A DNA stretch of 64,000 nt from Dokdonia sp. (GCA_047622005.1 JBLHML010000008.1:20733-84732); one strand, 5' to 3'. Counted from the stretch's first letter, positions 49,700 to 59,714 are shown. Program-made: numbers and translations. Notes: generated by a model from the letters alone, not told the origin.

Positions 49700-52600
49700 T
49701 TAATCTTGAACAAATAAGTAATTCAACTGTTTCGCATTAAACGCAGTATTAAAGGCGCTTATCTCATCGTTGACTAATTGATTAAAAGCATCTAATTGCG
49801 TTTTTATTTGAGCGCTAAGCTCATTTTTAACTGCAATATCCTGATCGGTTGGTGCAAAATCACCCATACCAACTAATGAATTTAAATGTCCTAATTTATT
49901 AGTCAAACGTATTGGAAAATTCAAAGGATCTTGACCACTTCTATTTTGAGTTTGGTATAACGCTTCCTCAATTTTAGTAAACTGTTCTTTTAGTACTTTT
50001 GACTTTTCTAAAAGGGCTTTTACCGATTCATTATCCTTGTATTGCGTTTCAAAAGCAGTCAATTGTTTTTTAATCTTTCTGATTTTCTTAATAGACTGAT
50101 GTGCGTCATCCATTGTTTTATTGACATCAGTTATAAAATCAAATTGCTTTTGCATATCTTCCTGTGTACTTTCAGCTCTTGGATCTGCAACAACATTAAA
50201 TGTTTCTGGCATCTCGACTGCGCTCGATGTGACGCCATTTTTGACATTAAGATGTACTTTATAAGTTCCAGGAATGGCTTGTGGACCATCTAAACTTGCC
50301 CACCATAAAATCATACCCTCTAATTTTTCAGCACCATCATACGTCATATCCCAAATAAATTGGTTCATTCCTTTTTTAACCTCAAGCTTATCTTTCTTTT
50401 CGTTTTTAGTAGAAAACGTTTTTATCGTATCACCTTTAGAATCAAAATAAGTTAAGGATACCTCATCGGTTGTATCGTTATAACTTTTCAGATTAAAATA
50501 AGTCATGACTCCATTAGGATGATTTGTTCCTGCTGTTTTACTTCCTTTTCCATAACCACCGTCCATTCTATACGTATCCTTTGGTTTGAAGATTCTGTTT
50601 TCTTCGGAAGCTTCGCCATACAACTGATGAATTACTGTTAAATCATCAATCATCCAAAGGCTACGCCCTTGAGTTGCCACAATTAAATTATTGTCTTTAA
50701 TGGCTAAATCTGTAATAGGAACAATAGGTAGATTTAACTGAAACGGTTTCCAGTTTTCACCGTCATCAAAAGAGACATACATTCCTGTTTCGGTTCCTGC
50801 ATACAACAATCCTTTTTGTTTTGGATCCTCTCGTAATACTCTTGTAAAGTGTTCTGGGTTAATCCCATTTGTGATTTTATTCCAAGATTTCCCATAGTCT
50901 GTTGTTTTGTATAAGTATGGAGCAAAATCACCAGTTTTATATTTTGTTCCAGCGACATAACACGTTCCTGCATCAAAAGCACTTGGTTCAACACTATTAA
51001 TCATCATCCATTCTGGCATGCCTTTAGGTGTCACATTTTCCCAGTTTTGACCGCCATCTTTAGTGACATGAATTAAACCATCATCACTACCAACCCACAG
51101 TAACCCTTCTGTAATTGGAGATTCTTGTGCTGCAAAAATCGTACAGTAATACTCTACAGAGGTATTATCTTGAGTTATTGGTCCTCCTGAAGATTTCAAT
51201 TTCTCAGGATCATTTCTTGTTAAATCCGGACTAATAATTTTCCAAGATTGTCCTTCATTCTCCGTCACGTGAACATGCTGTGAAAAGGTGTATAATCGAT
51301 CTGGATTATGCTTAGAAAATAGTATTGGGAAATTCCACTGAAAACGATATTTCATGCCTTCTGCACCATGACCCATTGGGTTATCTGGCCAAACATTAAT
51401 AGCTCTAACCGTTCCTGTTCTATGATTTTTTCGAGTTAAGAAACCGTCATAACTTCCGCCATAAATAATATCGTTATCCTCAGGATCTATAGCAATATGA
51501 GCAGATTCTCCTCCTGCTGTAGATTCCCAATCGTCTTCTGTGATTGCACGTCCATCAGTTCTATGTGGAATTCTCACGGTTGAATTATCCTGCTGAGCCG
51601 CATAAATACGATAAGGAAATGCATTATCAGTAGTCACACGATAAAACTGTGATGTTGGCTGATTGTAATAGGTACTCCACGTTTCGCCACCATCATACGT
51701 CACTTGTGCGCCACCATCATCTCCAATAATCATTCGGTTTGGATCTTCTGGAGCAATCCATAAATCATGATGATCTCCATGAGGTGCATTGTACGTGTTA
51801 AAGGATTTTCCGCCATCTGTACTTTTATGGTAACGCACGTTTAATACATATACCACATCTGCATCTTTAGTATCGGCATATAAACGTGTATAATACCAAG
51901 CACGCTGTCTTAATTTACGTTCGCTATTAACTTGGTTCCAAGTCTCTCCACCATCATCACTGCGATATAATCCACCATCGTCTTTGTTTTCTATAATAGC
52001 CCAAATACGTTGGTTATTTACTGGAGATACGGTAACTCCCATAATCCCAAGTGTCCCTTCTGGAAATCCTTTATTAGTTGAAATCTCCGTCCAAGTCTCC
52101 CCTTTATCTGTACTTTTCCATAATGCAGAACCGTCGCCTCCAGAACTTAAACTGTAAGGTGTACGTTGTATTCTCCATGTTGATGCATACAAAATTCTTG
52201 AGTTTGTAGGATCTATTAATAAATCTACCACACCTGCATTTTCATTAGCAAACAATGTTTTTTTCCAAGTTTTACCACCATCTGTACTTTTATATATACC
52301 GCGTTCTTGAGTTGGTTTATATATATTTCCAAGAACACCAGCATACACCACATTATGATCTGTAGGATCTACAGCAATTCTCGGCACATGACGTGAGTTT
52401 TTTAGTCCTGCAGACGTCCATGTTTTTCCAGCATCGACACTCTTCCAAATCCCATAACCCGAAGATACATTTCCACGAACTGTTTTTTCTCCTCCTCCTA
52501 CATATAATACATTAGGATCACTTTTAGATACTGTTATGGCGCCTATACTTCCGCCAAAAAAGCCATCAGATATATTATTCCAAGTTCGACCACCATCCAA

Positions 52601-52810
52601 TGTTTTCCATATCCCTCCTCCTGCTGCACCAAAATAATATAGATTAGGCTTGTTAGGAACCCCTGTAACTGCAGCACTTCTTCCGCCTCGAAAAGGACCA
52701 AGAAGGCGATATTCTAGGGCATCATATTGGGTTTCATTAAAAGATTGCGCTTCTAAATGTGTTACATTTCCGAAGAGAAAAAGGCAGAAAAGGGTTGTGA
52801 GTAGTCTCAT
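49700..52810 (-). CDS. BNR/Asp-box repeat, sortilin/Vps10-like beta-propeller protein (putative glycosyl hydrolase)
   Basis: Signal peptide, GPFRGGRS, many S.DGG.TW Asp boxes, HGDHH..WI, coiled C-terminus. Confidence 0.88.
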   Translation of the reverse strand: MRLLTTLFCLFLFGNVTHLEAQSFNETQYDALEYRLLGPFRGGRSAAVTGVPNKPNLYYFGAAGGGIWKTLDGGRTWNNISDGFFGGSIGAITVSKSDPNVLYVGGGEKTVRGNVSSGYGIWKSVDAGKTWTSAGLKNSRHVPRIAVDPTDHNVVYAGVLGNIYKPTQERGIYKSTDGGKTWKKTLFANENAGVVDLLIDPTNSRILYASTWRIQRTPYSLSSGGDGSALWKSTDKGETWTEISTNKGFPEGTLGIMGVTVSPVNNQRIWAIIENKDDGGLYRSDDGGETWNQVNSERKLRQRAWYYTRLYADTKDADVVYVLNVRYHKSTDGGKSFNTYNAPHGDHHDLWIAPEDPNRMIIGDDGGAQVTYDGGETWSTYYNQPTSQFYRVTTDNAFPYRIYAAQQDNSTVRIPHRTDGRAITEDDWESTAGGESAHIAIDPEDNDIIYGGSYDGFLTRKNHRTGTVRAINVWPDNPMGHGAEGMKYRFQWNFPILFSKHNPDRLYTFSQHVHVTENEGQSWKIISPDLTRNDPEKLKSSGGPITQDNTSVEYYCTIFAAQESPITEGLLWVGSDDGLIHVTKDGGQNWENVTPKGMPEWMMINSVEPSAFDAGTCYVAGTKYKTGDFAPYLYKTTDYGKSWNKITNGINPEHFTRVLREDPKQKGLLYAGTETGMYVSFDDGENWKPFQLNLPIVPITDLAIKDNNLIVATQGRSLWMIDDLTVIHQLYGEASEENRIFKPKDTYRMDGGYGKGSKTAGTNHPNGVMTYFNLKSYNDTTDEVSLTYFDSKGDTIKTFSTKNEKKDKLEVKKGMNQFIWDMTYDGAEKLEGMILWWASLDGPQAIPGTYKVHLNVKNGVTSSAVEMPETFNVVADPRAESTQEDMQKQFDFITDVNKTMDDAHQSIKKIRKIKKQLTAFETQYKDNESVKALLEKSKVLKEQFTKIEEALYQTQNRSGQDPLNFPIRLTNKLGHLNSLVGMGDFAPTDQDIAVKNELSAQIKTQLDAFNQLVNDEISAFNTAFNAKQLNYLFVQD
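50210..50233 (-). repeat. Tagged palindromic repeat embedded in frame in the 1036-aa CDS (encodes VTSSAVEM)
   Basis: Coding-strand GTCACATCGAGCGCAGTCGAGATG, 23/24 identical to the intergenic copy at 49271-49294. Confidence 0.85.
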
Positions 52811-53088
52811 GATGGTCGTGGTTTAAATACTATATATGTAAAAATACGATAGAAAATTTTAATATGTGCCAACGAGTGCAGGATTAGGCTTAGGCACTTT
52901 TAAATTGAATTTCACAAATGAAACAGTTTGTAAGAAAATACTTAAAAACAATTACGGTTTTTCCGCAGTTAACATTTCGTTAACAAAAATAGATACCAAA
53001 TATTTGTGCAAACCGTTTTTTTTTTAGTCTAGTTTTAGAACATCTAGGTGATTTTATTTAGTTTATTATTAATCCAACCAAATTATTT

Positions 53089-54525
53089 ATGAAACAAAAC
53101 ATTAAAAATTATCTCAAATTTGGAATTCTACTTGTTGGGATATCATTACTTCTTTATCAATGTCAAAAAGTAGATGACAATCAAGTTATAAATTCAGATC
53201 CAAAATCTGATTTAAATATTACTGTAGTTCATAATAATGAACATTTTGCGAAATCTAATCCAAAAATTTATAATAAATTAAAACTAGCTAATCATAGTAA
53301 TGTCTTGTCTAGAGAAACCGAATATTCTAATGACCACGATTTTTATTTCAATTTAGATGATATCCAGATTATAGAAAAAACTGGATATACCCAATATACA
53401 GTGGTAGTCGAAAGAGATACCGAAAGTAATGATGTGTTGAACTACATTCTACTACTCCATAATAATGGTGATGAAGACCAATACCTGGTAACTTACCCAA
53501 GAATTGAAACTGAAGGAGAGTTAATCATTGATTATTACACTGCAACAATGGTAAGTTTAAATGGTAACTCTATCTTATCTAGAGGACCAACTAATTGTGC
53601 TGATGGTACACCAGAATTTATAGGTTTTGATCAAGAATACATCTGCACAGCAAATGCTTGTGGTTCTCAAAATCATATGCCTGGAGACGACACATGCGAA
53701 TGTGGTAAAACAGTGGCATGCACACCTGCATGGACGGGTTGTGAATGGACTTCAGTTGCTCAATGGAGTTGTACTGGTGGTGGTGGATCAGGAGCAGGAA
53801 GCGGAAGTGGTGGTGGTGGTTCTAATGACGACAATGATGACGATGAACCTTTGGAAACTGTGGTTTTAATTAATGAACCGAAAACCCCTTGCGAAAAAAT
53901 GAATAAACTAAAAGCAGATACAGGATTTAGAGCTAAAATGGTAGAACTCAAAACTGCTGCAGATGATGAGAATGTTGAGAAAGGGCAAACGCTATACAAT
54001 AAAACTGGCGTAGCTCCAATTAATAATAAGTATCTTTATAGCCCATCGTCTGGTACCCCAAATAATCCAGAAATAAATTATTCTTACTATGCAAGTACGC
54101 AAGGATATGTGCATACACATTATGAAGGTTTAATTTCTATATTTTCTGTAAAGGATTTATTTGATATGTATAACACGATGAAAAATGTTTCAGTAACAGA
54201 TGATTTTTTCTACGGTGTCATAACTGAGGCAGGTTCGGCATACATTTTGCAAATAGAAGATAGAGCTACATTTATAACGTTTGGAGATAAATATTTAAGT
54301 AATGATGATAAAAGATTTAAATTTATACGTAATCAATTAATTCGAAAGTATAATATCACAGATAATGGTAGCGTTCAAGATAACGAAGATGGTTTCGTAG
54401 AAATGCTACACAAGTTAGGAGTTGGCTTATAGATGTTTAAACCTACAGATGATACCTTTACAGATTATGTAAAACTTGAATATTCTTCTGGAGATATCGT
54501 TGAATCAAACTGCATTGAAAACTAA
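53089..54525 (+). pseudogene. Putative secreted effector/polymorphic toxin-like lipoprotein with JAMM/JAB-like C-terminal domain, interrupted by an in-frame TAG at 54430-54432
   Basis: Lipobox-like LLYQC, Cys-rich segment, Gly/Asp linker, E...HTHYEGLISIFSVKD; frame continues past TAG as MFKPTDDTFTDYVKLEYSSGDIVESNCIEN* to 54525, 12 nt before the next gene. Confidence 0.7.
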
Positions 54526-54537
54526 AATAAATAAAAT

Positions 54538-55113
54538 ATGAAAACAATATTAATAATCATAATAACCCTAATTGCGATAAACGCAAATAGCCAAGTAATC
54601 GAGCTATGTAATGGAGTGACTGAAGAAGATGTTGCAAATGGCACTTATTTTAAGGACATAAACAATACGTTTACCCCTTTTTTAGGAACTTGGCAATATA
54701 TTAATGGCAACGAAGTAATTACTTTTAAAATTGAAAAAGTTAACCATTTTTACAATACAGAAACTCAAATGTATGAGGATTTTTTAGTTGGTAACTACAG
54801 CTATTCCCAAAATGGAGGTACAACTTACGTTATAAACACAATTTCACCAGCACTCTTAGATGAGACTCCTGAGGGTAATCCTATGTATTCTTCATGTGTT
54901 CTTTATCCAGACCAAAAATTTGATATGACTTTTTATGATGTATTATTAGATAAGGATTTTGGTTTAATTACGTTTGAGTTTTTACCTGAAAGCACGACTC
55001 AAATGCAAACAACTTTAACTAATGAACAAGGAACTTACGGTCATCTAGTTGGAGAACCTGCACATAACTTTAATTTCTCACTACCTACAAATTTTATAGT
55101 TACAAAATTGTAA
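54538..55113 (+). CDS. DUF6705-like exported protein, copy 1
   Basis: Signal peptide; YFKD.NN.F..F.GTW.Y and YEDFLVG.Y motifs. Confidence 0.8.
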   Translation: MKTILIIIITLIAINANSQVIELCNGVTEEDVANGTYFKDINNTFTPFLGTWQYINGNEVITFKIEKVNHFYNTETQMYEDFLVGNYSYSQNGGTTYVINTISPALLDETPEGNPMYSSCVLYPDQKFDMTFYDVLLDKDFGLITFEFLPESTTQMQTTLTNEQGTYGHLVGEPAHNFNFSLPTNFIVTKL

Positions 55114-55120
55114 TTTAGTA

Positions 55121-55167
55121 TAAAATAGCAGTTGCAATTATTTAAGTTGTTTGTAACTGCTATTTTA
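55121..55167 (+). terminator. Terminator-like hairpin after copy 1 (also at 55766-55812, 56413-56450, 57079-57119)
   Basis: TAAAATAGCAGTTGCAA...TTGTAACTGCTATTTTA; arms conserved after all four copies, loop variable. Confidence 0.7.
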
Positions 55168-55179
55168 ATTTTTTGAACT

Positions 55180-55758
55180 ATGAAATCAATACTAATAATT
55201 ATTATTGCTTTAATATCGATAAACGTAAATAGCCAAGTTATTGAACTTTGCAATTACGAAAGCGATCCAGATGAAGCTCCAAGTGGTACTTATTTTAAAG
55301 ATGTTAACAATACGTTTACACCTTTTTTAGGCACTTGGCAATATACCAATGGTAACGAAGTAATTACATTTAAAATTGAGAAAATCACACATTATTACGT
55401 TACTGAAAATAAAACATACGAGGATTTTCTAGTAGGTAACTATAACTATTCTCAAGATGGTGGTTTGACTAATATCGTTAATAAAATCTCACCATCTTTA
55501 TTAGATGAGAGTCCAGATGCCAGTATTATGTATTCACCATGTGCTAAAGATTCTCCCAACAAAGTTACATTAACATTTTATGATGTTATACTGGATAAAG
55601 GGTTTGGTTTAATTACTTTTGAGTTTTTACCTGAAAGCACGACTCAAATGCAAACAACTTTAACTAATGAACAAGGAACTTACGGTCATCTAGTTGGAGA
55701 ACCTGCACATAACTTTAATTTCTCACTACCTACAAATTTTATAGTTACAAAATTGTAA
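55180..55758 (+). CDS. DUF6705-like exported protein, copy 2
   Basis: Same motifs as copy 1. Confidence 0.8.
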   Translation: MKSILIIIIALISINVNSQVIELCNYESDPDEAPSGTYFKDVNNTFTPFLGTWQYTNGNEVITFKIEKITHYYVTENKTYEDFLVGNYNYSQDGGLTNIVNKISPSLLDESPDASIMYSPCAKDSPNKVTLTFYDVILDKGFGLITFEFLPESTTQMQTTLTNEQGTYGHLVGEPAHNFNFSLPTNFIVTKL

Positions 55759-55824
55759 TTTAGTATAAAATAGCAGTTGCAATTATTTAAGTTGTTTGTA
55801 ACTGCTATTTTAATTTTTTGAACT

Positions 55825-56403
55825 ATGAAATCAATACTAATAATTATTATTGCTTTAATATCGATAAACGTAAATAGCCAAGTTATTGAACTTTGCAATT
55901 ACGAAAGCGATCCAGATGAAGCTCCAAGTGGTACTTATTTTAAAGATGTTAACAATACGTTTACACCTTTTTTAGGCACTTGGCAATATACCAATGGTAA
56001 CGAAGTAATTACATTTAAAATTGAGAAAATCACACATTATTACGTTACTGAAAATAAAACATACGAGGATTTTCTAGTAGGTAACTATAACTATTCTCAA
56101 GATGGTGGTTTGACTAATATCGTTAATAAAATTTCGCCATCTTTATTGGATGAGAGTCCAGATGCAAGTGTGATGTATGCGCCTTGTGCTAATGATTCTC
56201 CAAATAAGGTTACAATGACATTTTATGATGTTATACTTGAAAAAGATTTTGGTTTAATCACATTTGAATTTTTACCTGGCAGCACAACTCAAATGCAAGC
56301 AACTTTAACCAACGAACAAGGAGCTTACGGATATTTTGCTGACCAGCCAGAACCTAATTTTAATTTCTCAATACCTACAAGTTTTGTAGTTACAAAATTG
56401 TAA
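55825..56403 (+). CDS. DUF6705-like exported protein, copy 3
   Basis: Same motifs as copy 1. Confidence 0.8.
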   Translation: MKSILIIIIALISINVNSQVIELCNYESDPDEAPSGTYFKDVNNTFTPFLGTWQYTNGNEVITFKIEKITHYYVTENKTYEDFLVGNYNYSQDGGLTNIVNKISPSLLDESPDASVMYAPCANDSPNKVTMTFYDVILEKDFGLITFEFLPGSTTQMQATLTNEQGAYGYFADQPEPNFNFSIPTSFVVTKL

Positions 56404-56494
56404 TTTATGGTGAAATAGCAGTTACAAATAGTTGTTTGTAACTGTTATTTTTAATTTTAATACTGAAAATACAGCCCAGATCATTTTTAGCAAA

Positions 56495-57070
56495 ATGAAA
56501 TCAATACTAATAATTTTTATAACCTTAATTGCGATAAACGCAAATAGCCAAGTAATCGAGCTATGTAATGGAGTGACTGAAGAGGATGTTGCCAATGGCA
56601 CTTACTTTAAGGACATAAACAATACGTTTACACCTTTTTTAGGAACTTGGCAATATACTAATGGCAACGAAGTAATTACTTTTAAAATTGAAAAAGTTAA
56701 CCATTTTTACAATACAGAAACTCAAATGTATGAAGATTTTTTAGTTGGTAACTACAGCTATTCCCAAAATGGAGGTACAACTTACGTTATAAACACAATT
56801 TCACCAGCACTCTTAGATGAGACTCCTGGGGGTAATCCTATGTATTCTTCATGTGTTCTTTATCCAGACCAAAAATTTGATATGACTTTTTATGATGTAT
56901 TATTAGATAAGGATTTTGGTTTAATTACGTTTGAGTTTTTACCTGAAAGCACGACTCAAATGCAAACAACTTTAACTAATGAACAAGGAACTTACGGTTA
57001 TTTTGCTGACCAGCCAGAACCTAATTTTAATTTCTCACTACCTACAAATTTTATAGTTACAAAACAGTAA
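56495..57070 (+). CDS. DUF6705-like exported protein, copy 4
   Basis: Same motifs; start set at ATG 56495 by homology to copies 1-3. Confidence 0.8.
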   Translation: MKSILIIFITLIAINANSQVIELCNGVTEEDVANGTYFKDINNTFTPFLGTWQYTNGNEVITFKIEKVNHFYNTETQMYEDFLVGNYSYSQNGGTTYVINTISPALLDETPGGNPMYSSCVLYPDQKFDMTFYDVLLDKDFGLITFEFLPESTTQMQTTLTNEQGTYGYFADQPEPNFNFSLPTNFIVTKQ

Positions 57071-57269
57071 TTTGTAATAAAATAGCAGTTATTAACATAT
57101 ATGTTTTGACTGCTATTTTTATTTTCAATAGAGGAATAAGCCTTGTTTGTTAATTTAAATGAATTGCAAAAATCCTAAAGTATTTTTAGTAATATATTTA
57201 AAGTTAGATATACCGATTCTTAAAAAGATTGGGGTTCTGAAATTGTAACATTTCGAAGACAAAATTATA

Positions 57270-58622
57270 TTATGCAGTGGTTGTATTCAATTTTAACCGA
57301 ATCTCGCGACGTAAAAAGAACCAGGTCACGATGGTTGAAAGCACGTCAGATATTGGAAATGACATCCAAATACCCAATTCCCCAAAATAAAGAGGCATAA
57401 TATACATCAAGGGAATAAAGAAAATAGCCTGTCTTGTCAAGGTCAAAATCAAAGCTGGAATTGCTTTACCAACGGCTTGAAAATAAGCTGCTCCAATCAA
57501 TTGTACTGCTAAAATTGGTACTGCTGCAAAGGTCCAGCGCATATTGGTTGGTGTTACTTTTATAACGTCTACATCTGTAGTAAACCATTTAGTAATGACT
57601 TCTGGAAACACCATCAATAAAATAAACACAATTGCCGCTAAAACAGTCGCATACTTTATGGCTATAAAAATAACCTCTTTGACACGATCATGCTGATTTG
57701 ATCCAAAATTAAAACCTGCAATAGGTATAAACCCTTGTGTGATTCCGTAAATAGGAAATAAGGCGAACATGCTCAATCGACCAACAATGGCGTAAGCTGT
57801 GACTGAGGTTTCGCCTCCAAACTTATACAGCGCATTATTTACTAATAGAAATGTCACACTCACAACCGCTTGTCTTGATAAGGTCACAAAACCTAAAGAT
57901 CCTATTTCGGCAATAATAGTTTTCTCTAACTTAAAATGGGACAGATTGATTTTTAATTCCGAATTTTTAGATAGGAAATACCAAAGAATAAATAGAAACG
58001 ACACAATATAAGACCCTGTAGACGCCCACGCTGCTCCTGCCATTCCAAAATCCATAATATTGATAAAAATATAATCCAATACTAAATTACCAACGGAAGG
58101 AATTAACATCGCATACATGGCAAATTTAGGATTGCCTTCTGCTCTAATAACGGTGTTTCCCATCATGACGAATCCTAAAACAGGAACACCATATAAGATA
58201 ATTTCATAATAGGTTTTTGCAGGCTCAAAAATAGTCCCTTTACCTCCAAATGCAGGAATTAGGGTGTCCACAAAATAGAGTCCGAAAATAGCAAACGAAA
58301 CCGTAAACAAAAACGTTAACGTGATTTGGTTTCCAAAAGTTTTTAAAGCTTTTGGCATATTATCTGCACCAAGCGCCCGTGAAATTATAGATGAGCCTCC
58401 AATACCGATAGCCATTCCTAATGCCGCAATAAAAAAAGATACTGGAAGCACCACATTTATAGCTGCAATTGCGGTTGAACCAATCCAATTACCAACGAAA
58501 ATAGTATCGACAAGAATGTTGAGTGACATCACCAAAATCCCAATAGACGCAGGAACAGCTTGCTTGATCAATAGCTTACCAATGGGTTGCGTTCCTAGAT
58601 CTTTAGAACTGGTTTTTGCCAT
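57270..58622 (-). CDS. MATE family efflux transporter (MepA-like)
   Basis: LVDTIFVG, IRAEG.P, LDYIFI...G..GAAWA, GFNFG, about 12 TM segments. Confidence 0.93.
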   Translation of the reverse strand: MAKTSSKDLGTQPIGKLLIKQAVPASIGILVMSLNILVDTIFVGNWIGSTAIAAINVVLPVSFFIAALGMAIGIGGSSIISRALGADNMPKALKTFGNQITLTFLFTVSFAIFGLYFVDTLIPAFGGKGTIFEPAKTYYEIILYGVPVLGFVMMGNTVIRAEGNPKFAMYAMLIPSVGNLVLDYIFINIMDFGMAGAAWASTGSYIVSFLFILWYFLSKNSELKINLSHFKLEKTIIAEIGSLGFVTLSRQAVVSVTFLLVNNALYKFGGETSVTAYAIVGRLSMFALFPIYGITQGFIPIAGFNFGSNQHDRVKEVIFIAIKYATVLAAIVFILLMVFPEVITKWFTTDVDVIKVTPTNMRWTFAAVPILAVQLIGAAYFQAVGKAIPALILTLTRQAIFFIPLMYIMPLYFGELGIWMSFPISDVLSTIVTWFFLRREIRLKLNTTTA

Positions 58623-59665
58623 TATGCGATAACGGTTTCAGCTGTTGCCCAATCGTTAATCCATTGCGACAGTAATTCTACAAATGCAGAGTCGTCATTT
58701 AAACATGGGATTGTTGTAAAGTCCTTACCTCCCACTTCATGGAAAATTTCTTCACCTTCCATAGCGATTTCTTCTAAAGTTTCTAAACAATCACTTACAA
58801 ATGCAGGCGTGACAATCGCCAATTTCTTGGTGCCTTCTTTCCCCATACGTTCTATGGTGAGATCTGTATACGGTTGTAACCAAGGGTCAAAACCTAAACG
58901 CGATTGGAAGGAGGTGGAGAATGTGCCTTCAGTCATTTTTAAGTGTTCACCAACGAGTCTTGTGACTTCCTTACATTGGTGTTTATAACAAAATTCGTGC
59001 GCTGGTGATGGTGTTTTACAACACACACAATCTATTCTATCATTTGGTTTACAATGTGAACTCGTAATATCACTTTTCCTGATATGACGTTCTGGAACGC
59101 CATGATATGAGAATAATAAGTGCTCATAATCATTGCCTTCTAAATGCTTAGCAATAGAATCTGAAAGCACTTCGATATACTTAGGGTGGTTATAGAACGG
59201 TTTCAAGTCGGTTATTTTCACCTTCGGAAAATGTTCCTTTCTAATGGCTTCAGCTAATACCACAATCGTTTCAGTCGTTGCCATGGCAAACTGCGGATAC
59301 AACGGAATAAGAAGGATATCATCCACACCTTTATCTATTAATTCTTGAAATCCCTTCATCATGGTCATACTCCCATAACGCATTCCTAAAGCAACCGGAA
59401 CTTCAGATTCTTTTTGGATACCATCTTGCAAGCGTTCAGATAAGACAATTAAAGGCGACCCTTCATCCCACCATATTTTTTTATAAGCTTTAGCCGATTG
59501 TTTTGGACGTGTGTTTAAAACAATACCTTTTACAAGTAGTGTTCTTGCCCATAAAGGCACATCAATCACACGCTCATCCATTAAAAATTCTCCTAAATAT
59601 TTTTTAACGTCTTTAGGCTCTGGACTATCTGGCGACCCTAAATTGACAAGTAAAACTCCCTTCAT
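58622..59665 (-). CDS. hemH: Ferrochelatase
   Basis: LLVNLGSP, MRYG, PLYPQ, FSYHGVP, FQSRLG..PWLQP, FVSDCLETLEE. Confidence 0.96.
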   Translation of the reverse strand: MKGVLLVNLGSPDSPEPKDVKKYLGEFLMDERVIDVPLWARTLLVKGIVLNTRPKQSAKAYKKIWWDEGSPLIVLSERLQDGIQKESEVPVALGMRYGSMTMMKGFQELIDKGVDDILLIPLYPQFAMATTETIVVLAEAIRKEHFPKVKITDLKPFYNHPKYIEVLSDSIAKHLEGNDYEHLLFSYHGVPERHIRKSDITSSHCKPNDRIDCVCCKTPSPAHEFCYKHQCKEVTRLVGEHLKMTEGTFSTSFQSRLGFDPWLQPYTDLTIERMGKEGTKKLAIVTPAFVSDCLETLEEIAMEGEEIFHEVGGKDFTTIPCLNDDSAFVELLSQWINDWATAETVIA

Positions 59666-59714
59666 TTATTTCTTTTTAGCAATTTTCAATTTAAACACTC
59701 TAATACTTGTACTG

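Larger units (their letters stand above)
54973..56132 (+). repeat. About 515-bp direct repeat with a 645-bp period (54973-55487 and 55618-56132)
   Basis: Identical by eye; covers the 3' end of one copy, the intergenic hairpin and the 5' half of the next copy. Confidence 0.88.

Noticed and set aside
1692-50233. CRISPR array built from the palindromic repeats
   Set aside because: Copies are dispersed singles or inverted pairs, not direct repeats with regular spacers; no cas genes
54430-54432. Pyrrolysine or genetic-code reassignment of TAG
   Set aside because: Many ordinary genes here end in TAG (tex, ssb, rseP) and no pyl genes are visible
55041-55898. Two identical 70-aa minus-strand ORFs (55041-55253 and 55686-55898)
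   Set aside because: Shadow ORFs produced by the 645-bp-period duplication
54538-57070. Diversity-generating retroelement template/variable repeats
   Set aside because: No reverse transcriptase in the window, and differences come in blocks involving all bases rather than adenine-specific substitutions
54538-57119. Integron cassette array (genes separated by hairpins)
   Set aside because: No integrase in the window, the hairpins have GTT on the 5' arm and AAC on the 3' arm (opposite to attC RYYYAAC...GTTRRRY), and all cassettes are paralogues of one gene
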